DNA of 64,000 nucleotides from a candidate division WOR-3 bacterium (GTDB lineage: Bacteria; Hydrothermota; Hydrothermia; JBDRYB01), in NCBI GenBank assembly GCA_039803205.1, contig JBDRYB010000001.1, forward strand, positions 363,413 through 427,412, written 5' to 3'. Positions 1 to 9,137 of this stretch are shown piece by piece (the stretch's first letter is position 1; each line of letters opens with the position of its first letter). Below the pieces are notes generated by a model. The model was given only the letters and a program-made list of their open reading frames with translations, was not told the DNA's origin and made no database searches. The position numbers and the translations under genes are program-made.

Positions 1-645
1 GATGGGAAATTAGAGGTATTGATAGGTTCAGAGGACCTCAGGGTCTACTGCCTCAGGGGAAGCGATGGCTCTGCGAAATGGATACGCACCATGCCGGGCA
101 GAGTTTTACATCCAGGCGCTCTGGTTGATCTTGATGGGGACAACAAGCTTGAATACCTCGTATCCCAGCGGTATCAACATCCTGATACCCTCTTTTGTCT
201 TAACGCTGAGGATGGCTCGATGGTTTGGAAGATAGCCTTAGCTTATTGGATCAACGGGCCTTTTGCCGCTGATGTTGATGATGATAGCTGCATTGAGTTA
301 GTTGTGGGAACCTACTATTCAACGAATCTGCCTTCTGAGTTGACCGTGATAGATGATCCCTATGACAGCACGAACTGTGGACAGGTTACTGGCCTTGATG
401 AGAGCGGTTTTGACAAGGGTTTTGAATTCAGGCCGATCGGCAAAAGCCTGTATCTCTTCAACTCATCCCCAATCCAGGTTCAGTTGGAGATATACGATCC
501 CTCAGGCAGGCTCGTCCAAGGGCTTTACAACGGGCTCCTCCTACCAGGCGCCCACACCTTTTCCCCAATCCTAAGGACAGGTGGTATTTATCTGGCCGTG
601 CTCAGGCACACCGGGGGCACGAAAACCATTAAGGTGGTAAGATGA
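1..645 (+). CDS. FG-GAP/PQQ-like beta-propeller secreted protein with T9SS-like C-terminal domain (5'-truncated by window edge)
   Basis: Frame is open from base 1 (DGKLEVLIGS...). DxDGDxxxE repeats, LNAEDGS-W motifs, C-terminal IYDPSGRLV...GIYLAVL...KVVR. Paralog of 2323..3828. Confidence 0.8.
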   Translation, partial: DGKLEVLIGSEDLRVYCLRGSDGSAKWIRTMPGRVLHPGALVDLDGDNKLEYLVSQRYQHPDTLFCLNAEDGSMVWKIALAYWINGPFAADVDDDSCIELVVGTYYSTNLPSELTVIDDPYDSTNCGQVTGLDESGFDKGFEFRPIGKSLYLFNSSPIQVQLEIYDPSGRLVQGLYNGLLLPGAHTFSPILRTGGIYLAVLRHTGGTKTIKVVR

Positions 646-653
646 AGGAACCG

Positions 654-700
654 GGCCGGCCGTGGAAACCTTGCACCTCCCGTATAAGCCGCGGCCGGCC
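654..700 (+). repeat. Stem-loop with conserved CACCTCCC loop, copy 1
   Basis: GGCCGGCCGTGG (654-665) pairs with CCGCGGCCGGCC (689-700) with one G-U pair; loop AAACCTTGCACCTCCCGTATAAG. Confidence 0.75.
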
Positions 701-727
701 ACGCTTTCCTTTCAGAAGGCCTTTCCC

Positions 728-2263
728 ATGACTTGCCTACCCGGACCTGTTTTTCTTTTAAATATGGTTCTGTGGGCCAAGGCCTTCGGCGGTTCCGGAG
801 GAGAAAGTGCCTTCTCGTCGGCCCTAATCTCAAACGGGAAAATCCTCATCGCCGGATCAACCACCAGCTTTGGGCTCAACTACCCTGATTTTCTCTTAAT
901 CATGCTTCAGCCTGATGGCTCTGTTTCCTGGGCAAAGACCTACGCGGGGAGCATGTATGATTACCCATATTCCGTGATCCCAAACCCATACTCCGGTGGT
1001 TTCACTATAGCGGGCTGTATGAATTTCCGAGGGAGGGGATATGACGACATTTGCGTTATGGATCTCTTACCTGATGGATCTGTCAATTGGGAAAGGGTAT
1101 TCTGGGGCTCAGATCACGATGTGGCTCGTGCCGTGGTTCGGTCCGCTGATGGAGGGTTCCTGATCGGCGGAATGACCAGAAATTTCCTCGCGAGGAGCTA
1201 TGACCTGGTTATATTGAAACTCTCATCTGATGCCCAACTCCTATGGAGCAGAATACTCCGCGGGATTGGGTTTAGCGATGACCGCATATATTCCCTCATT
1301 CCAACATCTGACAGTGGGGTCATTGCAGTGGGGTGGGGTTCCAACGGTGCGGTCGGCGGATATGACATTATCGTATTGAAGATCGCGCAGAATGGCTCCA
1401 TGGTGTGGGGAAAGTATATAGGAACCCCTGGGTTTGACTACGGGTGGTCTGGCGTAAAAACCGACGATGGTGGCTTGATGCTCCTTGCTTCAACCGACGG
1501 TTCCGGGGCTGGGGGCACGGATATCTTGATCCTGAAGCTCTCCCCTGATGGTTCTCCTGAATGGGCCAAGACAATTGGGGGTCCAGCAAACGATTACGGT
1601 TGGAGTATGATCCGGACCAACGACAGCGGATACGCCATTATTGGCCAGACCGAGAGTTTTGGGGCCGGAGGCGCTGATCTTTTTCTGCTTAAGCTGGGGC
1701 CGGATCTTTCTTTGGCTTGGGCCAGCACCTACGGCACTTCAAGGAGAGATGTTGGGAGCTCTCTTGTCCAGCTTCCTGACGAGAGCCTAGTGCTTTTCGC
1801 TACTACAGACATAGGAAACTACAACCATGATTATCTGGTAATGAGGGTTGAGCCGTCAGGAGGCTATCCAGGGTGTCTAAGCCCCTGCACTCCTACCACA
1901 TCTTATGCGAGCCTGGGCGTGTCGCCAATTTCGCCAGATAGCCTTCAGAGCTTCACCCCCAATGTCCTGGATACTCTGCCAGCAGTAACAGATCAAAACC
2001 CCTCGGTTACCAATGTCTGCGAGCCAGTTTATGAGGAAATCAATGAGACTCAAAGTGATCCGGGAATCCCAATGGTGTGCCTTTCGTTGTCAGGAGGGAT
2101 CCTCATAAGATCATACCTTGAGACTGATATAAGTATTTATTCCTCTGATGGCAGACTGAGCTACTCAGGGAACCTCAAAAAAGGCGAAAGCCGAATCTCG
2201 CTCGGAAAAGGCGTTTATTTCTGGAGAGCAGGGGTTTACAGGGGTAAGGCTGTTGTATGGTAG
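728..2263 (+). CDS. Secreted beta-propeller repeat protein with C-terminal sorting-like domain
   Basis: Repeated W-x-K-T-Y/I-G-G..D and D-xx-L/I-L-K-L-x-x-D-G units; C-terminal IYSSDGRL...GVYFW. Start placed at ATG 728 because GTG 662 lies inside the hairpin. Confidence 0.75.
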   Translation: MTCLPGPVFLLNMVLWAKAFGGSGGESAFSSALISNGKILIAGSTTSFGLNYPDFLLIMLQPDGSVSWAKTYAGSMYDYPYSVIPNPYSGGFTIAGCMNFRGRGYDDICVMDLLPDGSVNWERVFWGSDHDVARAVVRSADGGFLIGGMTRNFLARSYDLVILKLSSDAQLLWSRILRGIGFSDDRIYSLIPTSDSGVIAVGWGSNGAVGGYDIIVLKIAQNGSMVWGKYIGTPGFDYGWSGVKTDDGGLMLLASTDGSGAGGTDILILKLSPDGSPEWAKTIGGPANDYGWSMIRTNDSGYAIIGQTESFGAGGADLFLLKLGPDLSLAWASTYGTSRRDVGSSLVQLPDESLVLFATTDIGNYNHDYLVMRVEPSGGYPGCLSPCTPTTSYASLGVSPISPDSLQSFTPNVLDTLPAVTDQNPSVTNVCEPVYEEINETQSDPGIPMVCLSLSGGILIRSYLETDISIYSSDGRLSYSGNLKKGESRISLGKGVYFWRAGVYRGKAVVW

Positions 2264-2322
2264 GAAACATTTTGGGGAACATTCCATTTTAAAATTTAAA
2301 ACCTAAGACTGGAGGCATTGAC

Positions 2323-3828
2323 ATGATGAATATACATCTCATAACTAATCTGTTGGTCTGCCAGGCCCCTGGGACATGGCCCATGTGGGGTTACAACCCA
2401 GCGCACTGGGCAGTTCAACCGGTGCCCGGCGCGCACGCAACAGCTCCTGTTGTTAAGTGGATTATCTCAGTAGGGAATCAGATTCAGTGGCTTTTTTCTG
2501 CTACCAGTGATGTTGACCAGGACGGCCTGAATGAGGTTCTGGCTGGTTCTTTTTCCGGAAATTTTTACTGCCTGAACGGAACGACCGGAGCACAGAAATG
2601 GATCTTCAACGCTGGATCTGTTGTAGAATCGTGTCCCGCTGTCGCGGACATGGCCGGAGATGGTTCAGTGGAGGTAGTCTTCGGCACTTGGGGCGGAAAA
2701 GTCTATTGCCTCAGGGGCACGGATGGCACCAAGAAATGGGAATACACCACCTCTTATCAGTTCCACCACGGCCCAGTTGTGGTTGATTGCGACGGGGATG
2801 GCGATCTAGATGTGGTAATAGGGAATACGGTGGGAAGTGTATATTGCTTTGATGGTGAAACAGGTGGGCTTATATGGAATACTTTCCTCCTCTACAACAG
2901 CTATCTAGAGAACTCTTCACCCGCGGCCGGGGACATAGATGGGGACGGCCAGATAGAGGTAGTAATAGGTACCGCCCAGGGCATCTATTCCCTGAATGCC
3001 TCAACCGGAGCCGTAGAGTGGTTATCATCCAAAGGCGATTGCGGCAACTCTTCCCCTGGATTAGCTGACTGCGATGGGGATGGCGCTATTGAGGTGGTGA
3101 TAGGTTCTGCGGACTACAATATCTACTGCCTTAATGGTCAAACCGGAGCCGAGGAGTGGAGGTATACTACCGGAGGAATTGTTTGGTCTTCTCCGGTAAT
3201 TCTTGATGCTGACGGAGATGGGCTTCTTGAGATAATAATAGGGAGCTTTGACGGCTACGCTTACTGTCTGAGCGGGGAATCCGGAACCCTCCAGTGGAGA
3301 ACGCAGGTCGGTGAAATCCGCGTGGGCATCCCTGCTGGGGATGTGGACGGCGACAACAAATACGAGGTAATTATAGGAAATAACAGCGGATACACATGTC
3401 TCAACGCTGAGAACGGTTCTGTTCTCTGGACATCAGCACCATCTAGTGGGGGAAGGAGTATCTATCTCGCTGATGCGGATATGGACGGCTGTGTTGAGAT
3501 CGTAGGCGGGTCAACGGGCTACAACATATATGTGCTCGATGATCCCGGAAACTCATCAGGCTGCATGAGCGTGGGAGAACATGAAGGGCCTGGAGGGTAT
3601 TCCCTTGAGTTCAGGCCATTGTCTTGTGGCCTTTACCTTTTCCTGCCGAGCCATGTGCAGGTTTCCCTCTCCCTCTACGACGCTCAGGGCAGGCTCGTTC
3701 AGAACCTTTATGAAGGCCTCCTGAGCCCCGGCGGCCACACCTTCATCCCGAAAGCAGAGGGGAAGAGCGTTTATTTAGCGGTTCTAAGGTATCCCGGAGG
3801 GATAAAAACCGCCAAAATGATCAGATAA
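2323..3828 (+). CDS. FG-GAP/PQQ-like beta-propeller secreted protein with T9SS-like C-terminal domain
   Basis: Multiple SSPxxxDxDGDGxxEVVIG repeats; SD GGAGG at 2311-2315; C-terminal LYDAQGRLV...VYLAVL...KMIR. Confidence 0.85.
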   Translation: MMNIHLITNLLVCQAPGTWPMWGYNPAHWAVQPVPGAHATAPVVKWIISVGNQIQWLFSATSDVDQDGLNEVLAGSFSGNFYCLNGTTGAQKWIFNAGSVVESCPAVADMAGDGSVEVVFGTWGGKVYCLRGTDGTKKWEYTTSYQFHHGPVVVDCDGDGDLDVVIGNTVGSVYCFDGETGGLIWNTFLLYNSYLENSSPAAGDIDGDGQIEVVIGTAQGIYSLNASTGAVEWLSSKGDCGNSSPGLADCDGDGAIEVVIGSADYNIYCLNGQTGAEEWRYTTGGIVWSSPVILDADGDGLLEIIIGSFDGYAYCLSGESGTLQWRTQVGEIRVGIPAGDVDGDNKYEVIIGNNSGYTCLNAENGSVLWTSAPSSGGRSIYLADADMDGCVEIVGGSTGYNIYVLDDPGNSSGCMSVGEHEGPGGYSLEFRPLSCGLYLFLPSHVQVSLSLYDAQGRLVQNLYEGLLSPGGHTFIPKAEGKSVYLAVLRYPGGIKTAKMIR

Positions 3829-3835
3829 TCTTCCT

Positions 3836-3884
3836 AACCCCGGCCGGCGAAAACCCTACACCTCCCGAGCTGGCCGGGGTTTTT
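3836..3884 (+). terminator. Terminator-like stem-loop with conserved CACCTCCC loop, copy 2
   Basis: AACCCCGGCCGGC (3836-3848) pairs with GCTGGCCGGGGTT (3869-3881), followed by a T-run; loop GAAAACCCTACACCTCCCGA; lies between convergent genes. Confidence 0.75.
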
Positions 3885-4320
3885 ATTTCCCCTCGTATCC
3901 CGCTATCTTTCTCAACCGCCTCTCGTGCCTTCCTCCCTCAAACGGGGTGTCAAGAAAAACCCTGACCATCTCCTGAGCCTCGGCAGGCGGGGTTTCCCCC
4001 GAAAGGGTCATCACATTAGCGTTATTGTGCCGCCTGCACATCTCCGCGTCCCTAACCGAACAGCATCTCGCGGCTATAACGCCCTTGACCTTGTTCGCGG
4101 CTATTGACATGCCTATCCCGGTTCCACAGATCAGAATGCCCCTCTCGCACCTACCAGAAGCAACGGCCTCTGAGGCGTCTATGGCGGGATCTGGATAATC
4201 CGAGGGTTCTGAATCCGGAGCGCCGAAGTCAACCGGGTCATGGCCGAGCTCGTCCAGGAATGCCTTTATCCTCTCCTTCAGAAAGAATCCCCTGTGATCA
4301 GCCCCGAGAGCGACCCTCAT
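3883..4320 (-). CDS. rpiB: Ribose-5-phosphate isomerase B
   Basis: ADHRG, ICGTGIGMSIAANKVKG, HNNANV and FEGGRHERR motifs. Confidence 0.95.
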   Translation of the reverse strand: MRVALGADHRGFFLKERIKAFLDELGHDPVDFGAPDSEPSDYPDPAIDASEAVASGRCERGILICGTGIGMSIAANKVKGVIAARCCSVRDAEMCRRHNNANVMTLSGETPPAEAQEMVRVFLDTPFEGGRHERRLRKIAGYEGK

Positions 4321-4327
4321 CGCCTAC

Positions 4328-5368
4328 TCACTGGTAGACATAGCAGTGCCAGCCGAACCTGTCCTCAGCCTTGCCCTCTATGATGTCAAAGAAGGCCTTT
4401 TGAAGCTTCGTGGTTATCGGTCCACGCCTGCCTTCGCCTATGGTTGTCCCATCAACGGAGCGTATCGGCGTTATCTCAGCGGCCGTGCCTGTGAAGAAGG
4501 CCTCGTCAGCGATGTAAAGCATCTCCCTGGGCAAAAACTCCTCCCTGACCTCTATCCCCATCTCCTTAGCCAAGGTTATCACGGAGTTTCTGGTGATTCC
4601 TGGGAGGATTATTGAACCAAGGCAAGGGGTCCAAAGAACACCGTCAAGGACAATGAAGATGTTCTCACCAGAGCCCTCGGAGATGAAGCCGAATGGGTTG
4701 AGGGAGATCCCTTCCTCCATTTTAAGGAAATCCTCGCTCAGATTTAAATCCTCCTCTTTCTTTTTCAGGCTCTCACTCTTCTCGTATCTAGAGAGTACCG
4801 CATCTATCTTTGCAAGAGCGCTGTTCGCGTAGTTGGCCGTGCACTTGGCCATAGAGGGGAAGGTGTTGGGGGCCATTCTCTGCCAGGACGAGAACTTCAC
4901 ATCAACGCCGTTCTCAAGAGCCTCTGGGCCCAGGTATCTTCCCCACTTCCATGTCGCTATAAAGATTTCAACTGGACATTGAAGAGGGTTAACGCCCAGG
5001 GTATAGTATCCTCTGTATACGACAGGCCTTATATACCAAGGCGTTTTATCCTCCCTGAGCTTGGGATCAGCCTCCTCGTTCCTCCTTATGAGCTCCTTCG
5101 TTATCTCAACCAGCTCCTCGGCCGTGTATTTAAGCTCCATCCTGTATATCTTGGCAGATCTGAGGATGCGTTTGAAATGGTCAAGCGCCCTGAAGATTGA
5201 GGGGCCCTTCGGGGTCATGTAAGCCCTTATCCCCTCAAAGACTCCGGTGCCGTAGTGAAAGGCGTGGGTGAGGACATGAATCCTGGCCTCATCCCAGGCC
5301 ACGAACTCGCCGTTCATCCATATATAAGTGGTTGCGGGAATTGGACTGGGTTTTGTTGATTCCGACAT
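4328..5368 (-). CDS. ilvE: Branched-chain amino acid aminotransferase
   Basis: HYGTGVFEGIRAY, YIRP, EGSGENIF, LPGITR and TGTAAEITP motifs; SD AGGAGG. Confidence 0.93.
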   Translation of the reverse strand: MSESTKPSPIPATTYIWMNGEFVAWDEARIHVLTHAFHYGTGVFEGIRAYMTPKGPSIFRALDHFKRILRSAKIYRMELKYTAEELVEITKELIRRNEEADPKLREDKTPWYIRPVVYRGYYTLGVNPLQCPVEIFIATWKWGRYLGPEALENGVDVKFSSWQRMAPNTFPSMAKCTANYANSALAKIDAVLSRYEKSESLKKKEEDLNLSEDFLKMEEGISLNPFGFISEGSGENIFIVLDGVLWTPCLGSIILPGITRNSVITLAKEMGIEVREEFLPREMLYIADEAFFTGTAAEITPIRSVDGTTIGEGRRGPITTKLQKAFFDIIEGKAEDRFGWHCYVYQ

Positions 5369-5450
5369 GTTACCTCCTTAAAGGGAGACCTAATTATAAA
5401 CCAAACCTAAAGGGTTGAACAACGGCAAGCATAGGCCCTATATTATTCCT

Positions 5451-6122
5451 ATGAATGTCTCTTCTGCCATTTCTGCTTGGAGGAGCATAAGGCGTTTCAG
5501 GCCAGATCCCGTTCCGGAGGAAGCCATCCTGAGATTACTTGAGGCGGCACGCAGGGCACCGAGCTGGGAGAATCTTCAGCCCTGGCGGTTCATCGTGATA
5601 ACGGATCCCGGGGTCAAGGAGAGGCTATGCGCGCTCGCGTTCAAACAAAGGGCAATCACGAGAGCCCCTGTCGTTATAGCCTGCTGTGGGGACACATCGG
5701 TCTGGGAGCGAGAGAGCCAGCGAAAGTCCCTGCAAGAGCTCAGGGACGCGGGGGTTGTCTCGGCTTCGGATGAGGTAATAGAGAGCCTGTTTCTCTCAAC
5801 CAGGAGCTTCGCGCCCCAGCTCTGCGGCCAGCCCGGCGTTCTCGCGAGAACATTTGAGGCAGTCTCTTACGCCATCGCGTTCATGCTCCTTGAGGCCGTA
5901 GAGGAGGGCCTGGGAGCGTGCGTTGTTGGCGCTTTCGGGAACGAGCTAACACAGGACAAGCTTGAGGATTACATGAGCCTCAAGAGGGAACTTGGGATTC
6001 CGGATCCCTGCATCCTAATAGCTATCCTGTGCATCGGCTATCCGGACGAATCCCCGGGGCCAAGGCCCCGCAAGCCCCTCTCGGGGATAGCTTTCAGGGA
6101 GAGATGGGGAAGGGGGTTTTGA
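5451..6122 (+). CDS. Nitroreductase family protein
   Basis: RSIRRF, APSWENLQPWRF, IGYP motifs; ATG 5451 is 6 nt after TATATT. Confidence 0.88.
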   Translation: MNVSSAISAWRSIRRFRPDPVPEEAILRLLEAARRAPSWENLQPWRFIVITDPGVKERLCALAFKQRAITRAPVVIACCGDTSVWERESQRKSLQELRDAGVVSASDEVIESLFLSTRSFAPQLCGQPGVLARTFEAVSYAIAFMLLEAVEEGLGACVVGAFGNELTQDKLEDYMSLKRELGIPDPCILIAILCIGYPDESPGPRPRKPLSGIAFRERWGRGF

Positions 6123-6125
6123 TCC

Positions 6126-7184
6126 TTATTCCGCCACGAAAAGAACCTCACCTGCCCTCCGGCGAGAAAGGACATACCTGTATCCTGGAAATCGGAAAAC
6201 CCTGACTTTGGATTTGAAAAGGGAAAGGTCTTTTTCAATCTCATCAACCGAGGGTATTCCATCCTCCCGGTATGAGACCACAAGTATTGATCCTCTGAAT
6301 CTGTCAAAGCATTCCCTGAGACAATACCTTATCCGTTCAGGATCGTTCCACGGATTACCGGAGGGACGGAAGGCTTTGTTCCTAGTGGTGTAATCTATCA
6401 GGCTGGGCCACTCGTGGTATCGGGCAAGGCCCTCAAGGAAGTGGTAAAAAGCCAGGTAATCCACAGAATTTTTCGTGGCAGAGGTATATGGAGGATCAAG
6501 ATAGACCAGATCGTAATCCCCAGAAACCTCAAGCGCGTCAAGGTTCAACGAGATATTTTTTCTTCCATTATCAAATACTAGGCCGTTAGCCTCCTTTACA
6601 AATCTCAGAAAGTGATCCGGAAATGGCCTGTCCCATGTGGACTTGTTTCCAAAGCTCCTCCTAACCTCTGCCAAGCGTATGTAAAGATTTGCACGATGAA
6701 ACAGGTTGAAAGGACGTTTGACCAAACATGCTTGAAAAAGCGCATAGAAGGCCAGGGCTTGTTTATATTCATCCCCGAGCCTGAGAATATTCTGAACAAC
6801 CACATCCAGCCACCGGTTCTCTTCATCAGTATAGTAAATATCCCCGAAGGTCTTCTCTATGAATCTCATGTATCCACAGGATGGATCAGGTTCTAAAATA
6901 AAACGGAGATCAGCCTCATCCAGAAGAATATCCTTGTTTTCAATTATGGCCTTGCCGATTAGGTAGTTGAACCTAAGGTAATCGTTGTAGGTAACCTCTT
7001 TTCCCACAGCCTTCATCCAGTAGGAGAAAACTCCGGTCCCTCCAAAGAGATCAAGAACACTGTCAAAGTCAATCCTTGTCAGATTTTCCCATATCCACGG
7101 TAACAACTTGGCCTTTGAGCCCTGGTACCGGGTTGTGGGTAACCTCCTTATTCCTGGTATCAAACCGGGATATAGATCCTTCAT
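6126..7184 (-). CDS. N6-adenine DNA methyltransferase (D12 class), likely cognate of the adjacent REase
   Basis: RYQGSK, LDLFGGTG (motif I) and YLDPPY (motif IV); ATGA overlap with the upstream REase. Confidence 0.88.
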   Translation of the reverse strand: MKDLYPGLIPGIRRLPTTRYQGSKAKLLPWIWENLTRIDFDSVLDLFGGTGVFSYWMKAVGKEVTYNDYLRFNYLIGKAIIENKDILLDEADLRFILEPDPSCGYMRFIEKTFGDIYYTDEENRWLDVVVQNILRLGDEYKQALAFYALFQACLVKRPFNLFHRANLYIRLAEVRRSFGNKSTWDRPFPDHFLRFVKEANGLVFDNGRKNISLNLDALEVSGDYDLVYLDPPYTSATKNSVDYLAFYHFLEGLARYHEWPSLIDYTTRNKAFRPSGNPWNDPERIRYCLRECFDRFRGSILVVSYREDGIPSVDEIEKDLSLFKSKVRVFRFPGYRYVLSRRRAGEVLFVAE

Positions 7185-7987
7185 TTATGGCCTCCGAGAT
7201 TGATTCGTCTGTAGCGAATGAACTCATCCAGATTGCGGAATGGCGGCCTAGCGAGCTCGGCCCTTCTCGCCATATTAGTAGTTAGGTATTCCTGCCAGTA
7301 AAGGTCAAAAACCTCGCGTCCTCGTTCTCCGAAGCGGGCAAAGAATAAACCATTTCCATTTACGAGCTCATTTACACGTTTCACGGAGCCTATATTTGTG
7401 GTGTTTCCGCTGCCCGGGGAATCGCTCGCTATGCGCCATTTGGGCTGGAAAAAGAGGACGAGATCATGGATCGGTGGTGGTATCCTTCTTAGATCGCAGT
7501 ATTGATAAACCGGACAGAGTTCAGCCTCTTCGTTTCTCGTATAAATGATGCCGAGCACATAATGTTCTTGATATTCAGCATAAGGAAAGGTAATGTTCTT
7601 AGTGCTTGTTCTGTCTCTGAAATAGCCCGTGAAAGCCCCCAGTGTGAATCCCGAAACCAATTTGGGATTGCGAGGATTCCTGTAAGTGCTTTTGAGCTCA
7701 ATTGCCCATTTACTTTTACCCTTAACCACGCTGATGTCTGGATAATGATTCTGTTCCTCCGCCAGAATTACCCGAAAGGCCCGTTCCTCAAAAAAACGGG
7801 TCAGACCAGGAAGGATCATGAGCTCTAAGGCCTTGGAAATGACCTTCGTGTCCGCTGATAAAGGGTAAATTCTGCTAGCCGTGTCTATGAAGCCGCGCAG
7901 TTTCCATAGACCATTTTCGTCCTGAAGATCGCTTTGAAGCGAACCAAGAAATGCGCGAAAATCGTTCAAAGGGAAACCACGAGGCAT
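7181..7987 (-). CDS. Type II restriction endonuclease, EcoRV family
   Basis: DTKVISKALE, QNHYPD...IELKSTY, GFTLGAFTGYFR, KNITFPY and GSGNTTNIGS match EcoRV-type motifs. Confidence 0.85.
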   Translation of the reverse strand: MPRGFPLNDFRAFLGSLQSDLQDENGLWKLRGFIDTASRIYPLSADTKVISKALELMILPGLTRFFEERAFRVILAEEQNHYPDISVVKGKSKWAIELKSTYRNPRNPKLVSGFTLGAFTGYFRDRTSTKNITFPYAEYQEHYVLGIIYTRNEEAELCPVYQYCDLRRIPPPIHDLVLFFQPKWRIASDSPGSGNTTNIGSVKRVNELVNGNGLFFARFGERGREVFDLYWQEYLTTNMARRAELARPPFRNLDEFIRYRRINLGGHK

Positions 7988-7995
7988 CGGTTAAA

Positions 7996-9096
7996 TTATA
8001 ATTCATGTGCCCCTTGGCGGTCAAACACGGCCATCCCCAGCTCCCAGAGCGGGGGCCAGGGATCATCCAGGCCAAAATTGAATACGGGCCATGGCCTCAT
8101 CATTCCCAAGAAGCTCCTGAGAGCCCTTCCAAAGCTTCTGCAGGAGGCGAGGTGCGATAGCTCCCCTTTTAACCAGTGGGCCTTGAGGCCAATCCGGTAG
8201 CCCGGGAGCTCATCAGGAGGGTTTCCAAGCCACGAGTCCACGAGCATTTTGGGGAACTCAATTCCAGCAAGAACTGCAAGGGGTAGTGAACCCCATGGCC
8301 TTGGATTGACCTCTATGAGGTAATCCCCCTTAAACTCGCACATAGCGAGGCCAAAGTAATTCTCATCAGCAAGCCAGGCCTCAAGCCTTCTCATCGTATC
8401 CATGGGCAAGGGGATAGACTCCGCGGCACAGGATGGCCCGCCCGAGGCCGGAACCTCCCTTATCCTCCTGTGAGCGAAAGCGGCCCTGACCTTGCCACCC
8501 CACATCAGGAGAGAAATTCCCCAGGCTCGCCCCTCAACCCTTTCCTGCGCTATTGGCATGAGTTCAGGGTTCTCACGGATTATCCTAGCGGCCTCCTCCG
8601 GGCTTTCTGGAGACCACCTCTTGCCCTTTATGAACCCGTTCTCACGAGGAATGTGGGACATCCTGCTCTTGAGGAACACGGGCCAACGCTCCTCGACGAA
8701 CTCCTCGGAATCAGAGCTTGCCGGGGTCGGTATACCGAAATCCCTTGCCCTTCGGGCAACATGGAGCTTGTCGGAGAGCCTGAGCATGGTCGCGTGGCCT
8801 GGCCCTATTGCCCTTGGGTATCCAGCAAGCGCCATCGCGGTCGGCTCTGAGCATGGGAGAAGGGCCTCAGCGTCAATTTTCTCAACGGCCACGAGAAATC
8901 CAAGCATATCCTTAGACGGGTCAGGAACGATAAGCCTCTTCCTGCAATACCTCGATCTGAACAGAAAGTTCCTTTGGCCGCTGAGGCCAACGAGGATGAC
9001 CTCTATACCTGACCTGGCCAGGCTTCTCAGACACGCTCCGGCCGCGTTGTTGTGAGCTGATATTATGGCTATACGGATTTTGAGATTATACGACAA
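7996..9096 (-). CDS. ATP-grasp domain protein (true start possibly ATC at 9078)
   Basis: RSLARSG, SRYC, SDK, WPVFLKS, QERVEG, CEFK...LIEVNPRPWGS. Confidence 0.8.
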   Translation of the reverse strand: MSYNLKIRIAIISAHNNAAGACLRSLARSGIEVILVGLSGQRNFLFRSRYCRKRLIVPDPSKDMLGFLVAVEKIDAEALLPCSEPTAMALAGYPRAIGPGHATMLRLSDKLHVARRARDFGIPTPASSDSEEFVEERWPVFLKSRMSHIPRENGFIKGKRWSPESPEEAARIIRENPELMPIAQERVEGRAWGISLLMWGGKVRAAFAHRRIREVPASGGPSCAAESIPLPMDTMRRLEAWLADENYFGLAMCEFKGDYLIEVNPRPWGSLPLAVLAGIEFPKMLVDSWLGNPPDELPGYRIGLKAHWLKGELSHLASCRSFGRALRSFLGMMRPWPVFNFGLDDPWPPLWELGMAVFDRQGAHEL

Positions 9097-9137
9097 CCGT
9101 TGCCCCGATTCCCACCCGTGAACTATAATTTCTGGCA

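Noticed and set aside
662..727. GTG 662 as the start of the second gene (also long starts at 14251, 15807, 28088, 46084, 49775)
   Set aside because: They overlap hairpins, promoters or neighbouring genes; downstream starts have better signals.
3831..3886. Hairpin as an integron attC site (TAAC...GTT)
   Set aside because: The ends do not fit RYYYAAC/GTTRRRY, copy 1 lacks them, and no integrase is present.
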